Below, piece after piece: positions 24,592 through 33,664 of a DNA stretch of 39,576 nt. The stretch is from the NCBI GenBank assembly GCA_002371785.1, contig DFGU01000091.1, positions 1-39,576 of the forward strand, read 5' to 3'. The DNA comes from Bacteroidales bacterium UBA3742 (GTDB taxonomy: Bacteria > Bacteroidota > Bacteroidia > Bacteroidales > Paludibacteraceae). The position numbers and the translations under genes were made by a program. A model generated the notes under the pieces. That model was not told the DNA's origin and did not search any database. It worked only from the letters and a program-made list of their open reading frames with translations. Position 1 is the stretch's first letter, and the number at the start of each line of letters is the position of its first letter.

Positions 24592-26043
24592 TCAGAAATT
24601 GTACTTTGTCATCAACTGTACGCGATGGTTCGTTACCCAGTGCAAGCCCTTATCAGCCAGACCTGTAGCGGCATTAACGCCCTGTTTAGAGTCGCCGTAC
24701 TGCACCGAGGTAAGTTCGTACTCCAGTCCCAACTGGAACTTACCCACCGAATACAACAAGGTAGGCGAGAGGCGGTACATGCGGTTCATATTGTTGGCAC
24801 GCGGATAGTAGAACATGTCCGCTTTGCCGTCAGTATTGGCATCCAGCAGGGCCTCTTTGGTTCCAAAATTGCGTACGTAGCCGGCGAAGAGGATACCTTG
24901 CAGCTTCTGCGGATGCTTGTCTTCCTGCGCACCCACCTTACCGCCATATACCAGGCTGATCCACGACGAAGAGGTACGCGTAGGCGTATATTCGTATGAG
25001 CCATCCGGATTAATAGCTTTCACTCCATATCCACCGTTCATATTCATATGCTCGCCTGCCTCAGCAAAAATAGTCTTTGCCTTCAGCGAGAACTCACCCT
25101 TCTTATACTGCAAGTACAGGAATGGGGAAGCGGTAGTGATTCGGTCCTTCACCGTAACAGACACTCCCTTAACGGTTCCAAGGTTGCGAGGTTTGATGCT
25201 CAGCACATCCGCTCCTGCGCGCAACGTTACACCACTCGGGTGATGAAACGAGAGGCCAAGGTATGCTTCCGGCGTCTTTCCATACAACATATAGTCTGCC
25301 GACTGCGAGTTGGGGCCGATAGACAAATACTGCATTTGCCAAAGGCCTGCCGCAGTGAGGGTGAAATACTTACCCAGACGGGCATCCAGACGCACCTGCG
25401 GCGAACGGTTGAAGGGTCCGAAGGGTGCGCCGCTGTTCAGCGAGATGACATCACACAGATCGGCAGCCATCGGGTGCCAAGCCTGACCGATAGTCAGGTC
25501 CACACGGGCGTAGTCCTTACCGCGAAGCATCGGCAGACTATCCCAACCGAGCTGCATATAGGCCTGACGCAAACGGAATTGTGCGGTACCGCTCACCGAG
25601 TGAGAACCCGTAAAATTGGTCATTGTACCTGTTTTGGTACTGAGTCCGGCATAGAAGTCCGCCTCAATCTTTCCGCTAAACTCCGTGTTACGCCACTTAT
25701 AGTCCACAATATTGAGTCCCACGCGCGTGGTGAGCGAGAGGAAACGGAAGGTAGACTGCGCGTTCAAGTCCTCACGCTCCACACCCGATGCAGCTGCCTC
25801 AGCCGGAGTCTGGTTCCAGTTCTCGTCCTTAGGCTGGTAGTTGTACATGTCGCCCGTACCGGACAACGACTCGCGGCTATCGTAGGTGAAATAGTTACGG
25901 ATGAAGCCGTAGGGCTTGAAGTGCTGTTTGAGGTGCGACTTGGCTGCCTCTTTCTTGGCCACCTTCACGCTGTCCTGCGCCGAAACCGGCAGCAGGAACA
26001 ACGCGCAAAGAGCCAAAACGATAAACTTTAACCTATGACCCAT
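24592..26043 (-). CDS. Putative outer-membrane porin (beta-barrel)
   Basis: A 483-aa ORF with a signal peptide (FLLPVSAQ), alternating beta-strand-like sequence and a C-terminal aromatic ending (TKYNF). Confidence 0.7.
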   Translation of the reverse strand: MGHRLKFIVLALCALFLLPVSAQDSVKVAKKEAAKSHLKQHFKPYGFIRNYFTYDSRESLSGTGDMYNYQPKDENWNQTPAEAAASGVEREDLNAQSTFRFLSLTTRVGLNIVDYKWRNTEFSGKIEADFYAGLSTKTGTMTNFTGSHSVSGTAQFRLRQAYMQLGWDSLPMLRGKDYARVDLTIGQAWHPMAADLCDVISLNSGAPFGPFNRSPQVRLDARLGKYFTLTAAGLWQMQYLSIGPNSQSADYMLYGKTPEAYLGLSFHHPSGVTLRAGADVLSIKPRNLGTVKGVSVTVKDRITTASPFLYLQYKKGEFSLKAKTIFAEAGEHMNMNGGYGVKAINPDGSYEYTPTRTSSSWISLVYGGKVGAQEDKHPQKLQGILFAGYVRNFGTKEALLDANTDGKADMFYYPRANNMNRMYRLSPTLLYSVGKFQLGLEYELTSVQYGDSKQGVNAATGLADKGLHWVTNHRVQLMTKYNF

Positions 26044-26058
26044 AACCTTTAACCTTTA

Positions 26059-27468
26059 TTAGAATGGGAATAAGAGTATAACCGCATACGAAACAGCGAT
26101 ACCGAGCAGGCCGACAATCAGACCCACTTTCGCCATGTCGTTGGTCTTGATCAAACCGGTCGAAAAAGCGATTGCGTTCGGCGGAGTCGAAATAGGAAGG
26201 AGCATCGCAAACGAAGTGGAAGCAGCTACGCAGACAAGCAATGTTGTGACACCACCGAACGCGCCTAACTGCTCGTTCATGGCGGTTCCCACCACCGCTA
26301 AAATCGGTATAAGTAAGTTCGCGGCGGAAGAGTGAGAGATAAAGTTGGATAGTAACCATCCTAACAGACCGGAAATAACCAACACGGCAATAACTGACCA
26401 ACTTCCGAATGGGATAGATTCCACCAACGCTGCCGCCAAACCGGTCTTGTTGAGCGCAGTTCCGATAGCAAAACCACCGGCTACCATCCAGAGCACATGC
26501 CAGTCGATCTTCGCAAAATCATCGCGTTTGAAGATACCGAGAAGCGCGAATACACCGAACGGGATGAGGGCTACTACATTGGAATTCAGGTGAGTCAGCT
26601 CACCCGTCATCCACAGCAAGATCGTAGCGATAAAGGTAACGGTTACAACCCAGAACTGCCAATCCATCACATGGTGCTCATCCGGGTTTATGACGATCTT
26701 CACATCTTTTGCCTTGAAGGGGAACAGGAACATCAGCAACCACCATGCAAAAAGTATCATGATAATCACTACGGGCACAAAACGAATCATCCATGCCCCG
26801 AAGCCGATATTGATATCCATAGCCGCCAACTGACCGATAGCGATAGCATTAGGAGGTGTGCCGATAGGCGTACCCAGACCACCGATATTAGCTGCGATAG
26901 GAATAGACATCGCCAGGCTGACACGACCACCACCATCGACCGGCAACGTGCGGAGCACAGGTGCTAAGAATGCCAACATCATCGCAGCAGTAGCTGTATT
27001 GGACATGAACATAGACATCACACTAATGAGCGTCAGGAATCCCAGTAGCACCCATTTGGGGTTAGTGCCAAAAGGCTTGAGCAACACACGCGCCAGCACA
27101 ACATCCAGTCCCACTTTGCTCGCCGCGATAGCCAGTACAAAGCCGCCCAAGAAAAGCATGATAATCGGGTCGGCAAAAGCTGCCATCAATTCGCGGAAAT
27201 TCACCAGTTCGCCCATCGACTCGTTGGTCAGTCCCTTGTTGGAGACTGCCAAGAGCAACATAACGATAGTGGTGACAGAAGTTGCCCACGCCGGAATGAT
27301 CTCAAACATCCACATCAGCGCCGCATAAGCGAAGATGGCAATCGTACGCTGCTGAACGACCGTCAAGTTATCAATACCGAACGATGTGCTCGGCAAAAAC
27401 CACAGCAGAAGTACCACCAAGGATGTCAGCGGTGCCAAGACATATAGTTTTACGTTAAAATTTTTCAT
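26059..27468 (-). CDS. DASS/SLC13-family anion:sodium symporter (dicarboxylate/sulfate-type)
   Basis: A 469-aa polytopic ORF with the two hairpin signature motifs SNTATAAMM and STPPNAIAF. Confidence 0.9.
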   Translation of the reverse strand: MKNFNVKLYVLAPLTSLVVLLLWFLPSTSFGIDNLTVVQQRTIAIFAYAALMWMFEIIPAWATSVTTIVMLLLAVSNKGLTNESMGELVNFRELMAAFADPIIMLFLGGFVLAIAASKVGLDVVLARVLLKPFGTNPKWVLLGFLTLISVMSMFMSNTATAAMMLAFLAPVLRTLPVDGGGRVSLAMSIPIAANIGGLGTPIGTPPNAIAIGQLAAMDINIGFGAWMIRFVPVVIIMILFAWWLLMFLFPFKAKDVKIVINPDEHHVMDWQFWVVTVTFIATILLWMTGELTHLNSNVVALIPFGVFALLGIFKRDDFAKIDWHVLWMVAGGFAIGTALNKTGLAAALVESIPFGSWSVIAVLVISGLLGWLLSNFISHSSAANLLIPILAVVGTAMNEQLGAFGGVTTLLVCVAASTSFAMLLPISTPPNAIAFSTGLIKTNDMAKVGLIVGLLGIAVSYAVILLFPF

Positions 27469-27505
27469 ATTTCTGTAAACTCAAAACTCTAAACTTTCAA
27501 CTCTA

Positions 27506-27973
27506 TTAGTACACATTAGGATTTGCTAAATGATGAATACGGCGCTCGTAACGCTCTCCACCGTCATACGCGGTAGTGACAAACTCCTTAATAATATCCA
27601 GCGCCTTGTCGGGAGCTACATAGCCTGCCGGCAGGCAGAGAATGTTGGCATCGAAGAAACGACGTGCGTTCTCCGCCATGCGGGGTTCCCAACAGATAGT
27701 AGCACGTACATGCGGATGGGTGTTGGTAGCCATGCTCATACCGTTGCCGGTGAAGCAGAAGCCGATACCCAGATCGCATTCACCGCGCTCAACAGCGGTA
27801 GCCATCGGGTGTGCAAAATCAGGAAAATCACAGTTTTCCATAGAGTAGCATCCGAAATCATGCACTTTGGCACCTTCGCGCTCAAGATATAACTGAATCA
27901 TCGATTTCAGGCCAAAACCTGCGTGGTCGCTTGCCAATGCAATGTTCAATTCGTTTAATGGTTTCATATACAA
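27506..27973 (-). CDS. rpiB: Ribose-5-phosphate isomerase B (RpiB/LacA/LacB family)
   Basis: IALASDHAGFGLK and CFTGNGMSMATN are typical of the family. The real start may be the third codon (MKPLN). Confidence 0.9.
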   Translation of the reverse strand: MYMKPLNELNIALASDHAGFGLKSMIQLYLEREGAKVHDFGCYSMENCDFPDFAHPMATAVERGECDLGIGFCFTGNGMSMATNTHPHVRATICWEPRMAENARRFFDANILCLPAGYVAPDKALDIIKEFVTTAYDGGERYERRIHHLANPNVY

Positions 27974-27992
27974 ATCGTTATTTAGTTATTAT

Positions 27993-28976
27993 TTAGCGTT
28001 TTATCTTATCAAATCCGGCTCCGAAGACGCCGTTCACCTTGGCCAGGCTGATAAAGGCATTCGGATCAATCTGGTGGACGAGATGCAGGATCATCTGGCT
28101 CTCGGCCTTATGGGCCAAGACGGTCACCACCTTGACAGGCTCTTGGGAGTACCATCCTGTACCATCCAGCACCGTCACACCTCGGTTAACCTTCTGATTG
28201 ATAGCAGTAGCTATCTCAGCATAGTGGCGACTGTAGATGAGGACTTGCACCGACTGGTGGAGACGCGACATGATGGCATCCACCGCCGCGGTATAGCTCA
28301 CCGTCATACACACACCGCAGAGCACGCGCTTGATCTTCAGATAGACAATGCTCTGTCCCTCCGTCACCATGCCGGGCGGGATAGGCAGCAGGAAAGCCGA
28401 AAGGATAATGACAATGTCGCACAGCAGCATCATCTTACCCAGCGAAATATCGCGATAGTAGTTGACGATCATAGCCAGGATATCCGTACCGCCGGACGAT
28501 CCATTGCAAGCCATGACGATGCCCAGACTGAGTCCGAACACCACACCGCCTATGATAGCCCCCAGCCATGGGTCCTCAATCATCGGCTCAGGCAAGATAG
28601 GTATCACGCGATACCAGAACGAGATAGCCAGTACGCCCACTATCGTGCGGATGCAGAAACGCCATCCGACGGTCTTGACGGCAATGATGAGCAGGATGAG
28701 GTTGAATACCAGCGTGGTCAACCATACCGGCACCGCCCCGCCGTACTCCGGAAAGAGTGCGGGGAAAGCGCCCTGGGTAGCATAGTAGATGATGGAACAT
28801 ATACCGGTCAGGCCACCTCCTACAAAGGCATGCGGCAGAAAGACCCAGTTGACCATCAGCGCCATGGGGAAGATACCGAAGATAATCCCAAGGTACTCGA
28901 AGATGGTACGCAGGTGGTTGTCCTTCGGCGCGTTATGCGGGTTGGCAAAATCTCCTATGCGGGGTATCTTTACCAT
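27993..28976 (-). CDS. YitT-family membrane protein (DUF161 repeats plus C-terminal DUF2179)
   Basis: A 327-aa ORF with a multi-TM N-terminal part (GSSGGTDILA) and a soluble C-terminal domain. It overlaps the gcvP stop by 7 nt. Confidence 0.85.
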   Translation of the reverse strand: MVKIPRIGDFANPHNAPKDNHLRTIFEYLGIIFGIFPMALMVNWVFLPHAFVGGGLTGICSIIYYATQGAFPALFPEYGGAVPVWLTTLVFNLILLIIAVKTVGWRFCIRTIVGVLAISFWYRVIPILPEPMIEDPWLGAIIGGVVFGLSLGIVMACNGSSGGTDILAMIVNYYRDISLGKMMLLCDIVIILSAFLLPIPPGMVTEGQSIVYLKIKRVLCGVCMTVSYTAAVDAIMSRLHQSVQVLIYSRHYAEIATAINQKVNRGVTVLDGTGWYSQEPVKVVTVLAHKAESQMILHLVHQIDPNAFISLAKVNGVFGAGFDKIKR

Positions 28977-31783
28977 TTTGCTACCAGGTTACGATCGCCA
29001 AAACCGTTATCCACACGAGCTACGGGGATCCAGAACTTGGTCTGTGCTACCCACTCGGTCGGATAGATCGCCTTGCTACGCGGATAAGCATGGTGCCACT
29101 CGTCGGCAACTGCCTCATACTCCGGGTGCGGAGCGTTCAAGAGGACATTGTCCTTCGGATCAGCTTCGCCGCGCTCTATCTCGGCGATCTCCTCGCGTAT
29201 CTGAAGCATAACGTCGCAGAAGCGATCCAGCTCGGCCAGCGACTCCGACTCGGTAGGTTCAATCATGAGCGTACCGTGTACGGGGAAGGAGAGCGTAGGC
29301 GCATGGTAGCCGTAGTCCATGAGTCGCTTGGCGATGTCGGACTCGGTGATACCGATCTGGTGGAACTGGCGGCAGTCGAGTATCAACTCGTGCCCTACCC
29401 GTCCCTTCTCGCCGGTATAGACGATGCCGTATGCATCGCGCAGACGAGCCGCCAGATAGTTGGCCGATAGAATGGCAGCTGCTGTAGCGTCACGCAGGCC
29501 TTCGGCACCCATCATTGCGATGTAACCGTAGGAGATGAGTGCCATATTGGCGTTGCCATAGAGCGCCGCGCTGACGCGGTTGTGATCCTCCGTAGGCAAG
29601 CAGTCGGCCAAAGCCGCGGTGCAACAAACGGCACCTACGCCCGGTCCACCACCGCCGTGAGGCGATGCAAAGGTCTTATGCAGATTCAAGTGGCATACAT
29701 CGGCTCCGATAAAGGCCGGACAGGTGTAGCCTATCTGGGCATTCATATTGGCGCCGTCCATATAGACGAGTCCGCCGTTCTGATGGATGGTCTCGCACAT
29801 ACGGCGGATCGCCATCTCAAAAATACCGTGGGTAGAAGGATACGTGATCATGCAGCCGGCCAGGTTGTCCTTATGCTCCTCGGCCTTGGCGCACCAGTCC
29901 TGGATATCCGTATTACCGTGCTCATCACAACGTACCACCACGGGTAAGAAGCCGGCTTGTGCACACGAGGCAGGGTTGGTGCCATGGGCCGAAGCCGGGA
30001 TGAGCAGCACGTTACGATGGGCGGCATCGTGACGACGGTGATACTCACGTATCGTCACCAGGCCGGTATATTCGCCGGCTGCACCGGATGTAGGCTGCAG
30101 GTTGCAGGCATCAAATCCGGTGATGGCGCACAGTTGCTGCTCCAGTTCGCTCAAGAGGCCGCGATAGCCGGCCGTCTGATCGGCAGGTGCGAGCGGATGA
30201 ATACTGGTGAATCCCTGCATGGTGATAGGTATCATCGAGGCAGCGGGATTGAGCTTCATAGTGCACGAACCCAGCGGTATCATGGAGTGCGTGAGGGATA
30301 TATCCTTGCGGTCGAGACGCTTGATGTAACGCATCATTTCGGTCTCGGTATGGTAGCGTTGGAATACCTCGGCCTGCATATAGTCCACCTCGCGTACACG
30401 GCTCTCATCGATTGCCCAGCAACCGGCAAAGGCCTCTTCCGACTCCTCAGGTTGCGGCATCGCGCCGGCCAGTTCGGCAAAGAGCGTGATCAGGTCGTCC
30501 ATATCATCTACCGTGACGGTCTCGTCGATCGAGAGGCTCACGTAGCCGGGTTCGTCGTAATAGAAATTGAGTCCCCAGCTCTCGGCCGTCTCACGCAGCT
30601 GACTGATCTGGTCCTCGTCCATGGCAATACGCAGGGTGTCGAAGAACTCGGTATTTTCCTGGCGGAAGCCATAGGCCTGGAGCATTTCGTTGAGATAAGC
30701 GGCTTTGTGGTGGATCCCCTCGGCTATCTCGCGAACGCCTTCCGGTCCGTGATATACGCCGTAGAAGCCGGCCATCATAGCCGACAGGGCCTCGGCGGTA
30801 CAGATATTACTGGTGGCTTTCTCGCGCTTGATATGTTGTTCACGCGTCTGCAGGGCCAGGCGGTAGGCAGGACGCTCGTAGGCATCCTTGCTCAGACCGA
30901 TAATACGTCCTGGTAGGTCGCGCTTGTACTCGTCGCGGGTAGCCATATAGCCGGCGGTAGGACCGCCAAAGCCTACGGGCAGACCGAAGCGCTGGGCCGT
31001 ACCGCAATAGATATCGGCAGGCAGCGGACGCAGCAGGGCCATGGCCATAAGGTCGGCAATGACCGTAAAGCGCATCCCTTGGGCATGGCACTCGTCGATG
31101 AGCGCCGCGTAGTCCTCGATCGATCCGCATGCATTCGGCATCTGCACGATAGCGCCGAAGAAGTCGGCCGACGGGGTGAACTGCTCATAGCGACCTACCA
31201 CCAACTCGATGCCTTGTCCGGCTGCACGGGTGCGAAGTACACTGAGGGTGTTGGGCCATATGCGTTCGTCCACAAATACACGGCATACGCCGTTCTTCAC
31301 CTGCTCACGCGTACGCAAATTACGCATCATGGTGACGGCCTCGGCAGCCGCAGTAGCCTCGTCCAGGAGCGAGCAGTTAGCCAGGGGCAGACCGGTCAGG
31401 TCGCTGATCATGGTCTGGAAAACAAACAGGGCTTCCAGGCGTCCTTGACTCACCTCGGCCTGGTAGGGCGTATACGAGGTGTACCAAACGGGGTTCTCCA
31501 ACACGTTGCGCTGGATGACAGCAGGCATGATCGTGCCGTACCAACCGCGTCCGATGAGGCTGCGATACATGTCGTTCTCATTAGCCAGTTGCTGCATGTT
31601 GACCAGGTGCTCCTGCTCGGTTAGCGGCTCCGGCAAATCCAGCGGCTCGGGCATCAGGATGTCGGCCGGCATGGTCTCATGAATGAGCTGATCAATAGAC
31701 TCGGCGCCAATAGCGCGCAACATTTTCTCTTGGTCCTTCTGGGTGAGGCCAATATGCCTCGAGGAAAGATAGTTTGCTTTCAC
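28970..31783 (-). CDS. gcvP: Glycine dehydrogenase (aminomethyl-transferring), P protein of the glycine cleavage system
   Basis: A full-length single-chain GcvP (SRHIGLTQKDQEKMLRAIG..., PLP region HLNLHKTFASPHGGGGPG). I trimmed the start to the GTG at 31783 (MKANYLSSRHIG) because the listed TTG start lies inside the promoter box. Confidence 0.93.
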   Translation of the reverse strand: MKANYLSSRHIGLTQKDQEKMLRAIGAESIDQLIHETMPADILMPEPLDLPEPLTEQEHLVNMQQLANENDMYRSLIGRGWYGTIMPAVIQRNVLENPVWYTSYTPYQAEVSQGRLEALFVFQTMISDLTGLPLANCSLLDEATAAAEAVTMMRNLRTREQVKNGVCRVFVDERIWPNTLSVLRTRAAGQGIELVVGRYEQFTPSADFFGAIVQMPNACGSIEDYAALIDECHAQGMRFTVIADLMAMALLRPLPADIYCGTAQRFGLPVGFGGPTAGYMATRDEYKRDLPGRIIGLSKDAYERPAYRLALQTREQHIKREKATSNICTAEALSAMMAGFYGVYHGPEGVREIAEGIHHKAAYLNEMLQAYGFRQENTEFFDTLRIAMDEDQISQLRETAESWGLNFYYDEPGYVSLSIDETVTVDDMDDLITLFAELAGAMPQPEESEEAFAGCWAIDESRVREVDYMQAEVFQRYHTETEMMRYIKRLDRKDISLTHSMIPLGSCTMKLNPAASMIPITMQGFTSIHPLAPADQTAGYRGLLSELEQQLCAITGFDACNLQPTSGAAGEYTGLVTIREYHRRHDAAHRNVLLIPASAHGTNPASCAQAGFLPVVVRCDEHGNTDIQDWCAKAEEHKDNLAGCMITYPSTHGIFEMAIRRMCETIHQNGGLVYMDGANMNAQIGYTCPAFIGADVCHLNLHKTFASPHGGGGPGVGAVCCTAALADCLPTEDHNRVSAALYGNANMALISYGYIAMMGAEGLRDATAAAILSANYLAARLRDAYGIVYTGEKGRVGHELILDCRQFHQIGITESDIAKRLMDYGYHAPTLSFPVHGTLMIEPTESESLAELDRFCDVMLQIREEIAEIERGEADPKDNVLLNAPHPEYEAVADEWHHAYPRSKAIYPTEWVAQTKFWIPVARVDNGFGDRNLVAKW

Positions 31784-31810
31784 GATAATAAAAAATTTGC
31801 TATTTGGGCG

Positions 31811-31818
31811 CAAAGATA
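31811..31818 (-). promoter_or_regulatory. -7 box TATCTTTG upstream of gcvP
   Basis: Plus-strand caaagata, about 28 nt upstream of the proposed GTG start. Confidence 0.5.
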
Positions 31819-31943
31819 CAAAAAATTATTGAGGTGGTAAAATTTTTTTTAAAAATTCTATACTTTCCTGCAGAAAGCGTACAGAAAATGCACTTTTTTG
31901 ACAAAAAAAGCAGGTTTTTCTTGCGTATGTTAATTATTTATTG

Positions 31944-31951
31944 TACCTTTG
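31944..31951 (+). promoter_or_regulatory. -7 box TACCTTTG upstream of the crp/fnr-family gene
   Basis: ttgTACCTTTGcacc, 46 nt upstream of the ATG at 31998. Confidence 0.55.
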
Positions 31952-31997
31952 CACCACGGATTCCAGGTATGGGTCCGCCGACTGGTATATTTAAGGC

Positions 31998-32696
31998 ATG
32001 AAGAAAAAGGTAGTTGACTACAAAAAACTTTGGGAATTAAATCCCGTGTGGGACGTACTGACCGACGAAGAAAAGAGTTGGTTGGACGGTCGTGTAGAGA
32101 TAGTACATTATGCGAAGAACGAACTGATCCACTCGGAGGGCGATCGGCCCGATAGGATGTGGGTGCTCATCAGCGGCAAGGTACGTATCTACAAGGAGGG
32201 TGTTGGTCAGCGTGCGCAGATCATACGCCTCCTGAAGCCCTACGATTTCTTTGGTTTTCGCGCCGTGATAGCCGGCGACACCTATACCTCGTGCGCCAGT
32301 GCGTTCGAGCCCTGTGAGGTATATGCCATCCGCGGCATTGACTTCAAGGCCCTGCTCCAGGAGAACAACACCTTCTGCTACAAATTTGTTCAGGCTCTGG
32401 CTACCGACCTGGCTGTTGCCGAGATCCAGACGATCAACCTCACGCAAAAGCATATCCGCGGCCGTCTGGCCGATTCGCTCATCACGATGCGCAAGAAGTA
32501 CGGCTACAACGAAGACGGCTGCACCCTGGCGCTCTATATCAGTCGTGAGGACCTGGCCAACATGTCAAACATGACGACCAACAATGCCATCCGTACGCTT
32601 AGCCAGTTTGCCCAAGAGGGACTGGTCAGTGTAGATGGACGTAAGATTAAGGTGCTGAACGAAGAGGAGCTAAAGCATATCTCCCGCATCGGTTAA
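31998..32696 (+). CDS. Crp/Fnr-family transcriptional regulator
   Basis: A 232-aa ORF with an N-terminal cNMP-binding-like beta-roll (FFGFRAVIAGDTYTSCA) and a C-terminal HTH (REDLANMSNMTTNNAIRTLSQF). Confidence 0.85.
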   Translation: MKKKVVDYKKLWELNPVWDVLTDEEKSWLDGRVEIVHYAKNELIHSEGDRPDRMWVLISGKVRIYKEGVGQRAQIIRLLKPYDFFGFRAVIAGDTYTSCASAFEPCEVYAIRGIDFKALLQENNTFCYKFVQALATDLAVAEIQTINLTQKHIRGRLADSLITMRKKYGYNEDGCTLALYISREDLANMSNMTTNNAIRTLSQFAQEGLVSVDGRKIKVLNEEELKHISRIG

Positions 32697-33664
32697 TCCA
32701 GCATATCTCCCGCATTCTGACACAAACGAAGCATTTGGTCGTACTGCTCCGGCGACAAATCGTAGAAATAGTAGTTGCTGGGGTCCTGGTGTTGTCCCTG
32801 TACGTGTACTTCATAGTGCAGGTGGGGTCCGGTGGACTTGCCGGTAGATCCCACTTCGGCTATCACATCACCTCGTTTCACTTTCTGTCCCACCTTACAT
32901 AGTTGCTTGCTCAGGTGGGCATAGAGCGTCTCATAGCCAAAGCCGTGGTTCACCATGACGGTGTTGCCATAGCCCTGCTTCCAACCAACGAACGACACCG
33001 TTCCATCGCCCGTAGCCATCACCTCGGTACCGGTAGGAGCCGTAAAGTCCATACCCGCATGGAAACGACGCACATGATATACCGGGTCCACGCGCCATCC
33101 GTAGCCTGAGGCCATGCGCTTGAGGTCCTTGTTCATCACGGGCTGGATCGCCGGGATACACTCCATGCGGCGTGACTGATCCTTAGTGGCACGCACCAGG
33201 TCGTCGTACGAGGCCGACTGCTGATAGACCTGCGCCTCCAGCTGGTCAAGCGACTGGTTCAGACGGGCATAGAGCCGGCTGTTGGTCATCTCGGCGATCG
33301 AGTCGTAGTACTCGGCGCGGTGTTGCTCGCCCGTCAACTCGGCGCTGGGGATAGGTTCGGCACCCAGCAGCACGCGATAGAAATTGCGGTCGCGATCGCT
33401 CAGGTCGTTCACGACCAGCTGGAGCTGACGCGTACGACGCTCCATGACCTGCATACGCTGGTTGATGGTGCGGTTTTGCTGACGCAGACGCGCCTCCTCG
33501 GGCGAGGGGAAGAGCCAGAGGAACAGGAAGAAGAAGCCGATACCTACGCCGACACCGATGAGCAGGAACAGACCGGTGCGACCTATCCAGGACAGTATGC
33601 TGCGCTCCACGCGTTCGAGCAGGAGCGTGTCGGGATTGATACGATATTTGATGCGTTTTTTCAT
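32693..33664 (-). CDS. M23-family metallopeptidase (LytM-like) with N-terminal membrane anchor and coiled coil
   Basis: HAGMDF...GSTGKSTGPHLHYEV is the M23 signature. There is a TM segment near the N-terminus. Confidence 0.85.
   Translation of the reverse strand: MKKRIKYRINPDTLLLERVERSILSWIGRTGLFLLIGVGVGIGFFFLFLWLFPSPEEARLRQQNRTINQRMQVMERRTRQLQLVVNDLSDRDRNFYRVLLGAEPIPSAELTGEQHRAEYYDSIAEMTNSRLYARLNQSLDQLEAQVYQQSASYDDLVRATKDQSRRMECIPAIQPVMNKDLKRMASGYGWRVDPVYHVRRFHAGMDFTAPTGTEVMATGDGTVSFVGWKQGYGNTVMVNHGFGYETLYAHLSKQLCKVGQKVKRGDVIAEVGSTGKSTGPHLHYEVHVQGQHQDPSNYYFYDLSPEQYDQMLRLCQNAGDMLD

Noticed and set aside
23964-24808. Short ORFs around the tRNA (23964-24308 +, 23976-24212 -, 24236-24424 +, 24355-24588 +, 24483-24668 +, 24581-24808 +)
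   Set aside because: They overlap the tRNA gene, its terminator and promoter, tRNA fragments or the porin gene. They have no coding-like composition.
31784-31813. Listed N-terminal extensions from non-ATG starts (gcvP to 31813; nadE to 19653; FGE-family to 21217)
   Set aside because: The extensions overlap TAnnTTTG promoter boxes or AT-rich non-coding sequence and add residues absent from the conserved N-termini. Downstream ATG/GTG starts were preferred.
31784-31997. Glycine riboswitch upstream of gcvP
   Set aside because: The -7 box sits about 28 nt from the probable GTG start, leaving no room for a 100-200 nt aptamer. The rest of the spacer is AT-rich promoter DNA shared with the divergent crp/fnr gene.
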